Assembly (NCBI GenBank): GCA_965203275.1
Contig: OZ241865.1
Location: 416,001-480,000, forward strand
Direction of reading: 5' to 3'
DNA from: Bdellovibrionales bacterium
Lineage (GTDB): Bacteria > Bdellovibrionota > Bdellovibrionia > Bdellovibrionales > JAUICD01
Length of the DNA stretch: 64,000 bases
The notes beneath the pieces were generated by a model that saw only the letters and a program-made list of their open reading frames with translations, did not search any database and had not been told where the DNA came from. Positions 1 through 9,629 of this stretch are shown here, in pieces (position 1 is the first letter of the stretch; the number at the start of each line of letters is the position of its first letter). A program made the position numbers and the translations under genes.

Positions 1-49
1 TCATAAAAACAACAATGTATGGGTTTGGAATTTAACTGGTCAAAGGCAA

Positions 50-406
50 GTGATGGGAACTTTTCAATCTCAAAATAGAATCAAACCAATAGACTGGAAT
101 AAAATCAAATCTAAAGATTTTTTCTTAAGTTTAAAACGTGACAAGCAGAAAATGTTAGGTCTGTTAGGCATAACTCATTGGACTGTGAATACTTCTCAAT
201 GGAAGAAAAGGTCAGATCATTATGAATTGACTCTAAGAGGATCCTATAAAAGTACCAATGGACAGCATATTCGTTTTTATGAAGTGCATTTATTTTATGC
301 ATCAAAAACACAGCAAATTTTAGTCTCTCACCCTCAGGAAGTACCTATAAAAAGGCATCTTGCTAGTCAATTTATAAACAAAGCAAAAAGGATGCTTTCT
401 CAATGA
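50..406 (+). CDS. hypothetical protein
   Basis: 118-aa ORF whose stop overlaps the next start (ATGA at 403-406); no recognisable motif; start uncertain. Confidence 0.5.
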   Translation: MMGTFQSQNRIKPIDWNKIKSKDFFLSLKRDKQKMLGLLGITHWTVNTSQWKKRSDHYELTLRGSYKSTNGQHIRFYEVHLFYASKTQQILVSHPQEVPIKRHLASQFINKAKRMLSQ

Positions 407-2970
407 AAAATATTTTAACTTCCATTTATATACTGCTTTTGTCCATATTGCTTTTTTCAAAAGCTGTTGCACAGGAAGCACCTTCTACTGAAGAAATTAT
501 TGAAAGTCTTAGATCTTCTCAAAGTGTGAGTTTTTCAATGCTCCCAATGATTCATGCCTACACAGATTTGTGTCTTCCTCGTAATGAGATCACCAATAAT
601 CTTACAGATATTTGCGAAGCTGTGATAGCTAGTCCTATTTGTCAAAATGTAGAAGAAGACAAAAAAATGAACTGTCAAACTATGACAGAAAGACGTTCTT
701 TATTTGGATCTGCGGTGAATATTTGGCATTTTCTGAGAGGTTGTTCAGAAGGTGTCTTTAGCTCTGTGCAAGCACTGCTGGGGTTTATATGGGATCAAAC
801 AAAGAGCATAGTAGGACATATATCATCTTCAGAGGTGCGAGCTGAAACCTATCAACAGGCTTCTGAATACCTTGAGGGAGTGAATCTCTATTTACACACA
901 GAATATTCAAAAGCTTATCAAGAAGCCTCTTTACCATTTAGAGAAACAAATGCATTAATGCGGATGAGTATGTCTATATCAAAACAGCTTTTAAGTCGTG
1001 TGATGGAGTTGATCTCACAAAAGTATCAAGAAATAGGCTGTCTTAATTTTGAAGCTAAGTCAAAAACTGTCTGTCAGTTTATTGGTGAGATATTTATACC
1101 TCCTGTAGGAGGTTTTGTATTACTAAAGCATGGGATCAAAGCTTCAGGAAGGTTTTCAAATATTGCTAAAGCTTTTGATAAATTAGATGATGTCACACAA
1201 CAAGCAAGAGGTTCTCACAATAGAAGGAGATTAAATGAGGCAAGACATGTTCTTGAAAGAGACCTTACTCCTCAGCAGAGACGTGCTGTCATAGAAGCCC
1301 ATGAAGTAGGTCAAAATGAGCCAGGAAAAGATGGAAGTCCTGCTAGAATAGGTAACTACACTCAAGCTCAGTTACGTCAAAAAGCACGTATTCTCAAAAA
1401 TCAAGGGTTTAATCAGAGAGAAATTCGTACTTTGATGGAAAACGGCATTGTTGGTTTATCTGCAGCAGAAATGCCTGGTTTTATAGGAATGGTTAGAAAT
1501 CTTTTTAGAAGAAATCCTTATTCCCCTCCCCCAGAGCTTCCTCCAGTAGCACCTAGAACTCCTCCAGTAGTAAATAGAGCTTTGGCTCCAAATACTCCAT
1601 TTGAACAGCAACGGCAGAGATATGAAAACTATGCAAGTTACTTTGATCCGACTCCTTCTAATCGTCCTCGATATAGGAGAGATGTAACTCCAACAATAGG
1701 ACAAGTAGTGGCTGTTCCTCGGTCTAGAGCTAGAGGAGGAGGACTTACAAATGGTACAATTCAAGAGATTCTTCCTGACGGTCGTGTGCGTGTGGAATTG
1801 TTGAATATGGGAGATGATCCCATGGAAATAACTATCATTGGACATAAAGATATTCATCCTCACTTGCTTCAAAGTCCTCTTAATTTAGATGTTCAAAGTA
1901 TAAAAATAAATGATGAGGTATCAATCCATAGATCAAATGGCGAAAGATCCAATGTGAATATTGTATCTATTGACAATGATAGAGCTTCTGTCACTTGGAC
2001 ATCAGCAAGTGGAAGACAATATATGAAGTCAGTTGATATACAAGATTTGGGCAGACCAATAAATAACGGCTATGATGTTGCAAGACAGAGAGGATTATTA
2101 CCTACAGAATCTATTAGAGTCAGAGGTGCAGATGATGTAAAAGTCGGGAAATTTTTCCAAGATCCAGATGGAAGACTTTTTACTGTTGCTAAAGTCACAG
2201 TCAATGGTGTTTCAAATCATCATATATTTTATAGGTCTAAATCACAAAGTGTTTTCAGATTGTTACCAGCTGTAAATAAAAGTGGACTTAGGCCAGGTTA
2301 TGATAAAGGGATAGACGAAAATGCCCTCACACTCCCCCACGAGATTCAAGCAGCGTTATCAGAAAGAGCAAGATCATTGGATAGAAGTCAAATAGACGAG
2401 ATGAAACCCATAGAATTAGACGGTATCGTAAGAGTTAATCACTCTTTTAAAGATCATTTAAATCAAGGAAAGGTGGGTGAAGACTTTCGCAGAGATACCA
2501 TTATAAATCCTGGTGTTGAAAGAAAGATTGCAGACTCAGTCAACCGATTTTTTGCAAATCCAAGAGATGTTCGCATTCAAGTAGAAGCAAATAGACCCAA
2601 TTATAGTCGCTCTACAAGTTCTTATAAATTAAACTCTCCAGTATATGGAGATGTCACAGCTTATGTTTATCCATCACGTAATGGTCAATTAGAATACACC
2701 TTATTAAAAGACGAAAGTAATAGAATTTGGTTTGCTGATGTTGGGTACAGAGGAAGTTCTTTATCATCACATGGGTTAAGGGAAGATGCTATTAATGCAG
2801 AAGAACTCACAATGCCTTTGTGGGAGTATTCAAAGCAAATACCAGACGGTTATAATAATAGAAAAAATGAGCGACGTGAACGTGATTATGTGAGTAGCTG
2901 GAGTTATATTCGAGAAATGCCAGAGATTCAAAGATGGTATAGAGAAAATAATATGCCCATTCCTGAATAA
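403..2970 (+). CDS. large secreted multidomain hypothetical protein
   Basis: 855 aa; signal peptide MKNILTSIYILLLSILLFSKAVA; Cys-containing N-terminal region, Pro-rich linker, distinct C-terminal domain. Confidence 0.8.
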   Translation: MKNILTSIYILLLSILLFSKAVAQEAPSTEEIIESLRSSQSVSFSMLPMIHAYTDLCLPRNEITNNLTDICEAVIASPICQNVEEDKKMNCQTMTERRSLFGSAVNIWHFLRGCSEGVFSSVQALLGFIWDQTKSIVGHISSSEVRAETYQQASEYLEGVNLYLHTEYSKAYQEASLPFRETNALMRMSMSISKQLLSRVMELISQKYQEIGCLNFEAKSKTVCQFIGEIFIPPVGGFVLLKHGIKASGRFSNIAKAFDKLDDVTQQARGSHNRRRLNEARHVLERDLTPQQRRAVIEAHEVGQNEPGKDGSPARIGNYTQAQLRQKARILKNQGFNQREIRTLMENGIVGLSAAEMPGFIGMVRNLFRRNPYSPPPELPPVAPRTPPVVNRALAPNTPFEQQRQRYENYASYFDPTPSNRPRYRRDVTPTIGQVVAVPRSRARGGGLTNGTIQEILPDGRVRVELLNMGDDPMEITIIGHKDIHPHLLQSPLNLDVQSIKINDEVSIHRSNGERSNVNIVSIDNDRASVTWTSASGRQYMKSVDIQDLGRPINNGYDVARQRGLLPTESIRVRGADDVKVGKFFQDPDGRLFTVAKVTVNGVSNHHIFYRSKSQSVFRLLPAVNKSGLRPGYDKGIDENALTLPHEIQAALSERARSLDRSQIDEMKPIELDGIVRVNHSFKDHLNQGKVGEDFRRDTIINPGVERKIADSVNRFFANPRDVRIQVEANRPNYSRSTSSYKLNSPVYGDVTAYVYPSRNGQLEYTLLKDESNRIWFADVGYRGSSLSSHGLREDAINAEELTMPLWEYSKQIPDGYNNRKNERRERDYVSSWSYIREMPEIQRWYRENNMPIPE

Positions 2971-2975
2971 CATTT

Positions 2976-3749
2976 TTTCACTAAAAGTGGTCTAGCCTCT
3001 GGCTACTTTCTGGCAATGACCGCAATGGCTTTCGCCATTGGCAAAATGGTCATTGCCTAGAAAGCCTGACCACTTTTAGTAATGAGGATCCATTTCTCAT
3101 TTAACACCATGTTAAGGAAAAAGTTCCTTCATCGCAACTCGCATGCTCCCTAAAAACATTTGAGAAGCATACCTTGTTTCCCTAACATGGTGTCAGAAGC
3201 AAGGAGATCCGCTCTACTCAAAATGAGCAGATTTTTGAGGCATTGCTCTGACAGCTTACGCTGTCCAAAAAGAGCAATACCTCAAAAATCCGTTTATTTT
3301 TAGTAGGAAGGATCCTTTCCTTTTTTAACACAATATTAAGGAAAAAGTTCCTTCTTAAATGCTGGCAACCTCAAAAGTCCGTTTACTTTTAGTAGGGAGG
3401 ATCTCTTCGTTTTTTTACACAATGTTAAGGAAAATATCCTTCTAATAACAGTTAGCCCTACGGCTACCGCCGTCATCAAAGGCTAACTGCCTAGAAAATC
3501 CATTTATTTTGAGTAGGGGAGGATCCTTTTATTTCTTTACACTATGTTAAGGAAAAATTTCTTTTATTGCCTTAAGAGCAAACAAGCATACAAATGAAAC
3601 TCTTTTTCCTTAACATGTGGTTAAGAGACGATGAGATCCTTCCTACTAAAAGTGGTCAAGCTTTCTAGGCAATGACCATTTTGCCAATGGCGAAAGCCAT
3701 TGCGGTCATTGCCAGAAAGTAGCCAGAGGCTAGACCACTTTTAGTGAAA
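2976..3749. repeat. cluster of structured ~145-nt palindromic elements (cluster 1)
   Basis: Bounded by inverted copies TTTCACTAAAAGTGGTC...TGTTAAGGAA and TTCCTTAAC...GACCACTTTTAGTGAAA; internal partial copies and linkers; lies between convergent genes. Confidence 0.9.
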
Positions 3750-4172
3750 TTAACCGAGATTGGATCTGATTGTCTTAAAAAAAGTCACTTGATTACCTTT
3801 CTGAGACCCTGAATATTCAATGCGATCACTTAAATTTTTAACAAGGTGGATACCCATCCCTCCCCCTGACCTGTCTTCTATATTCCCTTCAGGAAGCTCA
3901 GGTGCTTGCCTTAGTAAATTAAAGGGTGGGGCAAAATCGTGAACACTAACCTTGATCTGTCCATCTTGAATACAAGCAACAATAGTCACTGGCCCCTTAG
4001 GATTACCATAAGAAAAAGAATTTAATACAAGCTCTTCTAATGAAACCTCTAAATCAAAAAGACTTTTAGGATTGACATTGTTTTTTTCACAAAAAGAATG
4101 AAATCCTTCAGCACACTTTGGAAATTCTTTTTCAAAATTGTTTAAAATAGATTTGAATTCTAATACACTCAT
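3750..4172 (-). CDS. anti-sigma factor / Ser-Thr kinase-like HATPase_c protein (RsbW-like)
   Basis: Motifs LEELVLNSFSY, VHDFAPPFN, GGMGIHLVKNLSD. Confidence 0.85.
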   Translation of the reverse strand: MSVLEFKSILNNFEKEFPKCAEGFHSFCEKNNVNPKSLFDLEVSLEELVLNSFSYGNPKGPVTIVACIQDGQIKVSVHDFAPPFNLLRQAPELPEGNIEDRSGGGMGIHLVKNLSDRIEYSGSQKGNQVTFFKTIRSNLG

Positions 4173-4529
4173 AATCAAGCCATTTTTTTAATCATCATGT
4201 TTTCATCATATTGAAGATTTAGCTAGCATATATAGTGTGACACAAAAAGAAACAAGAGTCAAAGACGAAACAAACCACTCTACAATAGTCAGTTTGATAA
4301 AAAAATTATAAAAAAATATAAAAATAAATTTGACCTTTAAGAGGATATATTAAATTTTTAAGTAATTATAGTGGGTTATAAAATTTTTCATATAAAGCCC
4401 TTTGACTTGGCACGAAAAATAAACTATTTTTTAGTCCTGAGAAAGATGATACATTAAATATTTCACACCTTGTAATGTATCATCTTGAGTCAGTATTTAT
4501 GTTCAATCAACCTAAACAAAGAGGTAAAT

Positions 4530-5075
4530 ATGATTCTAAACTTAGTATCAGTTTTCAATTATTCAGTACTTAGGTGCTGTTTTATTTTTTGTTTTATATA
4601 TTGTTATTTTAATTATCCACAGACTGTACTGGCATTTAGCCCTCAGCTAGCTCAAGCACAACCAGTACAACCAACACAGCCAACACAGAGATCATCTGTG
4701 GTGTGCTATCATTCTCAAGACTTATTAGAAATAGAAATTGGCAAGGAGGCAGACTTTTCTACTCCAGAAGATCCTGTCTTTCAGTTTTATGCAAGAATGA
4801 CTAGTCTTCAAGTAGATCCAAGTCGCTTAACTTATACTTGGAGAGTTCATTCCCCTGAAGGTTCTGTTATTTCTCCACAACCTATTGCATCCCCGCGATT
4901 GGTACTTAATCCAGATGTGTTTGGTACTTATGAGATCACTTTGATCTTACAAGATTCTTCTCAAAATTGTCGGTACTCTGTTTATATCTTTCAATATCCT
5001 GAAATGGATCAAGAAGACATTCAAATTCTTACAAGTATTCATGCACATTTTTTAGACAATCATTGGACATTTTAA
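4530..5075 (+). CDS. hypothetical exported protein with PKD/Ig-like segment
   Basis: GAGG RBS before ATG 4530; LTYTWRV...PDVFGTYEITLILQD resembles a PKD-like beta-sandwich. Confidence 0.6.
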   Translation: MILNLVSVFNYSVLRCCFIFCFIYCYFNYPQTVLAFSPQLAQAQPVQPTQPTQRSSVVCYHSQDLLEIEIGKEADFSTPEDPVFQFYARMTSLQVDPSRLTYTWRVHSPEGSVISPQPIASPRLVLNPDVFGTYEITLILQDSSQNCRYSVYIFQYPEMDQEDIQILTSIHAHFLDNHWTF

Positions 5076-5090
5076 GATGAAAACAAAGGA

Positions 5091-6326
5091 TTGACTGTGG
5101 ATTTTTCTTACATTCAAGAGCAGTTTCCTATTTTAAAACGCAAAATCAATGGTCAACCTTTGGTCTATCTTGACAGCGGAGCTTCTAGTTTAAAACCAAG
5201 GATTGTTGTGGATCGCATCAATCAATATTATTTAATGGGGGCTTCTAATGTGCATCGAGGGCTACATTATTTAAGTGACCAAGCTACGAGTGATTATGAA
5301 AATGCTAGATCGACTGTAGCTAGCTTTTTAAATGCCTCCTCCCATGAAAGAATTATTTTCACACGGGGTACCACAGAAAGCCTTAATCTTATTGCCTCTT
5401 GTTTAGGGGAAGTCATCTTAGAACCAGGGGATGAAATCTTGATCACAGAGATGGAACATCATTCGAATATTGTGCCTTGGCAAGTATTAGCCCACAAGAA
5501 AAAATGCACTGTAAAATTTGTACCGGTCAATAAATACGGCACTTTGGATTTATTAGAAGTGGAAAAGTTATTAAGTCATAAAACCAAAATTTTTGCATTT
5601 ACTTTTATCTCCAATGCATTAGGCATAGAAAATCCTGTGCAGTCTTTAACTCAAATGGGTCATGCCGTAGGAGCTAAAGTTGTTGTAGATGCTGCCCAAG
5701 CCTTAGCTCATACTCCAATAAATATGCAAGAATTAGCTTGTGATTTTTTAGTGGGTTCTGCCCATAAAGTGTTTGGACCCACAGGTGTAGGGTTTTTATG
5801 TGGCTCTCAAGAACTATTAGAAAAAATGCCTCCTTATCAATATGGAGGAGGGATGATCTCACAAGTGAGCAAAGAACAAACGACGTATGCAGAAATGCCT
5901 CAAAAATTTGAAGCAGGAACACCTCATATTGCAGGTGTGATTGGGTTTTCTGAAGCTTTAAAGTTTCTTCAGAAATTTTCTTATTCTGCTGTGATGCAAC
6001 ATGAACAGACCTTAATTCAACAAACCTTAAATGGGTTAAAAGATATAAAAGGTGCTTGCTTGATTGGACAACCAGAGGCTGTAGGTGCTATCAGAAAATC
6101 TGCTATTTCTTTTATTGTAGAAGGTTGTCATCATCAGGATTTGGGGCAAATATTAAATAATTATGGAATAGCTGTGAGGGCAGGGCATCATTGCTGTCAG
6201 CCATTGATGGCAAGGTTTCAATTAGATGGGACTCTCCGAGTGTCTTTTAGTTTGTACAATACTTTAAAGGATGTTCAGTATTTCTTAGAATCTCTTCAAA
6301 AATCCATTCAACTTTTGCACGTTTAA
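5091..6326 (+). CDS. sufS: SufS-family cysteine desulfurase
   Basis: LVYLDSGASS, NVHRG, MEHHSN, SAHK (PLP lysine), AVRAGHHC. Confidence 0.93.
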   Translation: MTVDFSYIQEQFPILKRKINGQPLVYLDSGASSLKPRIVVDRINQYYLMGASNVHRGLHYLSDQATSDYENARSTVASFLNASSHERIIFTRGTTESLNLIASCLGEVILEPGDEILITEMEHHSNIVPWQVLAHKKKCTVKFVPVNKYGTLDLLEVEKLLSHKTKIFAFTFISNALGIENPVQSLTQMGHAVGAKVVVDAAQALAHTPINMQELACDFLVGSAHKVFGPTGVGFLCGSQELLEKMPPYQYGGGMISQVSKEQTTYAEMPQKFEAGTPHIAGVIGFSEALKFLQKFSYSAVMQHEQTLIQQTLNGLKDIKGACLIGQPEAVGAIRKSAISFIVEGCHHQDLGQILNNYGIAVRAGHHCCQPLMARFQLDGTLRVSFSLYNTLKDVQYFLESLQKSIQLLHV

Positions 6327-6516
6327 GATTTTGATATATTTATGTCTAATTTTGAGTCATTTTTTAAAAAAAATATTATTTTTTTTCACAATTTATCAAA
6401 AAATCTAAGCTTATTTACTGTAAAAGCCGATAAAGAAAATGAGGTTATAGGTTCATAAGAACCTATCTGGTCTATTTACATCAATAATAAATTATTTTTT
6501 AAAAAGGAGTTTTATT

Positions 6517-6726
6517 ATGACAATAGAATTAGTGATTTTATTAACACTAACAGCCTTTATTTATGGACCTATAACAATGGGAGAGGGTGGCCTTATAGGA
6601 AAAACTTTTAAAAGTGCTGGTCCCCATTTAGGAGGACGCATTGAAAGGCAGTTAGATACAGCAGCAGGTTTCCAGGAAATAGCAACTGGTAACATTGACA
6701 ATCCATTGAGTTGGAGTGATCGGTAA
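6517..6726 (+). CDS. small Flp/pilin-like membrane protein of the tad cluster
   Basis: AGGAG RBS; MTIELVILL hydrophobic N-terminus with Glu; directly upstream of the prepilin peptidase. Confidence 0.6.
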   Translation: MTIELVILLTLTAFIYGPITMGEGGLIGKTFKSAGPHLGGRIERQLDTAAGFQEIATGNIDNPLSWSDR

Positions 6727-6727
6727 T

Positions 6728-7234
6728 ATGTTGATAGAAGTTTTTACTTTATTTCTATTACCTACTTTAATCCTAGTGATTGGCGTGATAGATGATATTT
6801 GGCATCGCAAATTTCATAACTGGCTTTTTTTGTCTTTGCTAGCTTTCAGTATACCTATTGTAGCTGTAACTGGTGGGGTTAGTGGTTTAATAACTGGATT
6901 TTATGGCTTTCTAGTAGCCTTTGCTTTAGGCTTTCCACTTTTTTTATTAGGTGTTATCAGAGCTGGTGATGTGAAGCTTCTGATGGTCTTTGCTATGACC
7001 ACAAGCGGACATGTTGTCTTCAATGTGATGCTCCTTGCTATTTTATGGGGAGGAGTGATGGGTTTGATGCACTCTGTGATCTCTGGTGGTTTTTTCAAAA
7101 TTTTTAATAATCTTACGTTATTACTGATTTATCATCTTAAGCCAGAGAAGAGTTCTCTACATGTGATTCCTTACACTGTGCCTATTTGTTTGGCATGGTC
7201 GACACATATATCCATGATGGAGGTGGCCAAATGA
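6728..7234 (+). CDS. cpaA: A24 prepilin peptidase (CpaA/TadV-like)
   Basis: Polytopic membrane protein with catalytic Asp motifs IDDIWHRK and AGDVKL, C-terminal IPY. Confidence 0.85.
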   Translation: MLIEVFTLFLLPTLILVIGVIDDIWHRKFHNWLFLSLLAFSIPIVAVTGGVSGLITGFYGFLVAFALGFPLFLLGVIRAGDVKLLMVFAMTTSGHVVFNVMLLAILWGGVMGLMHSVISGGFFKIFNNLTLLLIYHLKPEKSSLHVIPYTVPICLAWSTHISMMEVAK

Positions 7235-7536
7235 TATTTAAAAGACTTTTTATGTATAAAAGAGTGCAGCAAAAGCAATGTAGATTTTTATTACAGAGGA
7301 CAGGTCAAGTGACAGTGGAACTCATTTTACTTTTGGTGATCTTTGTAGGCATCGCTGGAATTATTCGAGGTGCAATTGGAGATACAGCTGAAAATTTGAT
7401 TAAAGCACCGTGGGAAAAAGGTATCCGTGGCATGATAGAAAGTGGTAACTGGGGTACAAGAGATGAAGCGAAAAAGATGCATCCAGGAATAGTTGATGAT
7501 AGAAAAGTCTCTATAAAAGGAGAAAAGATTCAATGA
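7231..7536 (+). CDS. TadE-like pseudopilin
   Basis: Prepilin motif RTG^QVTVE followed by a hydrophobic helix; ATGA coupling to cpaA. Confidence 0.75.
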   Translation: MIFKRLFMYKRVQQKQCRFLLQRTGQVTVELILLLVIFVGIAGIIRGAIGDTAENLIKAPWEKGIRGMIESGNWGTRDEAKKMHPGIVDDRKVSIKGEKIQ

Positions 7537-8108
7537 AAAGTTTAAAAAACCAAAAAGGTGTTTTGGCATTTGATTTTCTTTTTGGATTTATGTTTATGGC
7601 AAGCTTTTTTATGTTGATTGTGATCTTGAGTTTCACTCTATCTGCTGTTGAAGTTCTGCAATACATTGCCTTTGCCACATCTCGCAGTTATGTGGCCTCT
7701 GATGTAAGTGAAGGTAAACAAAAAAAAGCAGCAAGGGATAAATATGAATATTTAATAAATGGAGGTATTTTTAAAATGAAACCAGAATGGTTTAACCTGC
7801 CAGACAAAGACGATAACAAGCTTATTTCTAATAACAAAAAAGTAGGAGATAGAGGGATAGGCACTTATATAGAATTCAATGCTAAAATATTATCAGTTGA
7901 TTTGCCATTTTTAGGGGATACAACATCAGGCAATTTTATATCCAGTGTCAACTCGTATATTGGCAGAGAACCTCCCATGAATAAATGTCAAGAGTTTGTC
8001 CGGAACCGTCCTGATCTTATTATGGAAATGGATAATGGTGATATGTACAAAGCATATCAAAGTGAAATGAAGAAGTTCTCAGCACCTATATGGGATAATG
8101 GATGCTAA
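7533..8108 (+). CDS. Tad pseudopilin-like protein
   Basis: NQKG^VLAFD leader plus TM helix; translationally coupled in the tad cluster. Confidence 0.7.
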   Translation: MKSLKNQKGVLAFDFLFGFMFMASFFMLIVILSFTLSAVEVLQYIAFATSRSYVASDVSEGKQKKAARDKYEYLINGGIFKMKPEWFNLPDKDDNKLISNNKKVGDRGIGTYIEFNAKILSVDLPFLGDTTSGNFISSVNSYIGREPPMNKCQEFVRNRPDLIMEMDNGDMYKAYQSEMKKFSAPIWDNGC

Positions 8109-8656
8109 TGAAAAATTTAAAATATATATTTTATAATAAAACAATAAGAGCTAGCCAGAAACTGGCCAGCCAGAGACTGGCCAGCCAGAAACTGACTAGT
8201 CAGAAAGGCTTTGCTTCTATAGAAGCTATATTATCTATTACAATTTTTTTGATTATGTTGAGTTTTAGTTTAGGTTTTTTTGGAATAGTGCATTCAGGGA
8301 TTGTCAACTCTATTGCTGCTCGTAATTATGCATTTGATACATTTAATAATCGTACTTACTTAACATATCACAGAGATACACTGGATACTCTGATTTCTAA
8401 TCAAAAAAATGGATTTAGATTACACCTTATTACAACAGATGAAGATGACAATCCAAATTCAAAGTTTATAGTGACAAAAAGACAGATTGCTTTTCCACCT
8501 AAAAAAAATACTACTTCAAATGCTGATCACAGAAAAATGGTAGAAGATGCAAAGAATAATAATGATAAAAAAAATATTACAGATTATAAATTTGACCCTG
8601 TGTGGATTAAAGCAGGTTATGGGATATGTTTGAATGCATCCTGTAAACCAAACTAG
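8108..8656 (+). CDS. TadE-like pseudopilin
   Basis: QKG^FASIE prepilin motif, TM helix, AAR motif. Confidence 0.75.
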   Translation: MKNLKYIFYNKTIRASQKLASQRLASQKLTSQKGFASIEAILSITIFLIMLSFSLGFFGIVHSGIVNSIAARNYAFDTFNNRTYLTYHRDTLDTLISNQKNGFRLHLITTDEDDNPNSKFIVTKRQIAFPPKKNTTSNADHRKMVEDAKNNNDKKNITDYKFDPVWIKAGYGICLNASCKPN

Positions 8657-8777
8657 ATAGTTATTAAAAGTAAAGAAATGATAAAAAGTAATGCATATAT
8701 CCTAAGTCTATATAAAAAAATTCTTTGCGAGAGAGCAAAGCTAAAAAATAAAGCAACATGGTCATAAAAAGGAGTTA

Positions 8778-9629
8778 ATGATGAATTCAAATCCAACTAG
8801 AACATTAGCCGTCTCATTAGGGGCAGGTATATTTGCTATGTTTCTTGTGTATAGTTATTCACAAGAGAAAAAAGCAGAATATGATAAACTCTATGGTGTC
8901 ACAAAGCGTGTGGTGGTAGCTACAACAGAAATTTTAGAGATGCAAACCATTGATGATAGCATGATAGAGTATAGAGAAATCCCTGTTCACTTTATACAGC
9001 CAGGAGCGATCACCAATCCAGAGGACGCTATTAACACCATTGCTTCTGCCCCTATTCAGAAAGGAGAACAAATCCTCACTACAAAACTGCTTGCTCCAGG
9101 ACCTGTCACAGGACTTTCTAGTCAAATTGCACCTAATAAGAGGGCTGTGACAATTTCTATAGATGAAGTGCGAGGTGTTGCTAAACTTTTAAGACCAGGC
9201 GATCGTGTTGATATACTAGCGTCTTTATCCAGCGGTACATCCACAAACCGCAAGGTAGAAGTCAAAACTATTATGCAAGATATTGTGATTTTAGCTACAG
9301 GGATCAATATCACAAATAACATTCCCCGTTCAGCAGAAGTGGAAGGGGATCAAGTCGTAGGCTATAGAAACCTCAATGGAGATATTTCTTTTAAAACCAT
9401 TACATTAGAGGTCAGTCCTAAGGAAGCCCAAGATTTAGTATTTTTACAAATAGCTTCACCTGGAGGCATTTATCTCACACTTCGCAACACTATTGATCGC
9501 TCAAGCTCAAAATCACCTACAAGTACAATGAATTCTCTTTTGGGAAGAATTGCCACAACAACAAAGGTCAGACAACAAGCATTTAATCCTGCTAACTTAC
9601 CTCCACCCATTCAAAAACAAGGGCGGTAA
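8778..9629 (+). CDS. cpaB: Flp pilus assembly protein CpaB/RcpC
   Basis: SAF-like VVVAT region, RAVTI...GVAKLLRPGDRVDIL, ITLEVSP. Confidence 0.9.
   Translation: MMNSNPTRTLAVSLGAGIFAMFLVYSYSQEKKAEYDKLYGVTKRVVVATTEILEMQTIDDSMIEYREIPVHFIQPGAITNPEDAINTIASAPIQKGEQILTTKLLAPGPVTGLSSQIAPNKRAVTISIDEVRGVAKLLRPGDRVDILASLSSGTSTNRKVEVKTIMQDIVILATGINITNNIPRSAEVEGDQVVGYRNLNGDISFKTITLEVSPKEAQDLVFLQIASPGGIYLTLRNTIDRSSSKSPTSTMNSLLGRIATTTKVRQQAFNPANLPPPIQKQGR

Noticed and set aside
2976..3749. Integron attC sites or Xer dif sites as the identity of the structured element
   Set aside because: TTAAC/GTTAA motifs are present but do not fit RYYYAAC...GTTRRRY at the two ends of one hairpin or the 11-6-11 dif layout; no integrase or gene-cassette organisation is seen
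5091..6326. Orphan sufS as part of a DNA phosphorothioation (dnd/ssp) system
   Set aside because: Typical group II SufS motifs and no dnd/ssp genes nearby
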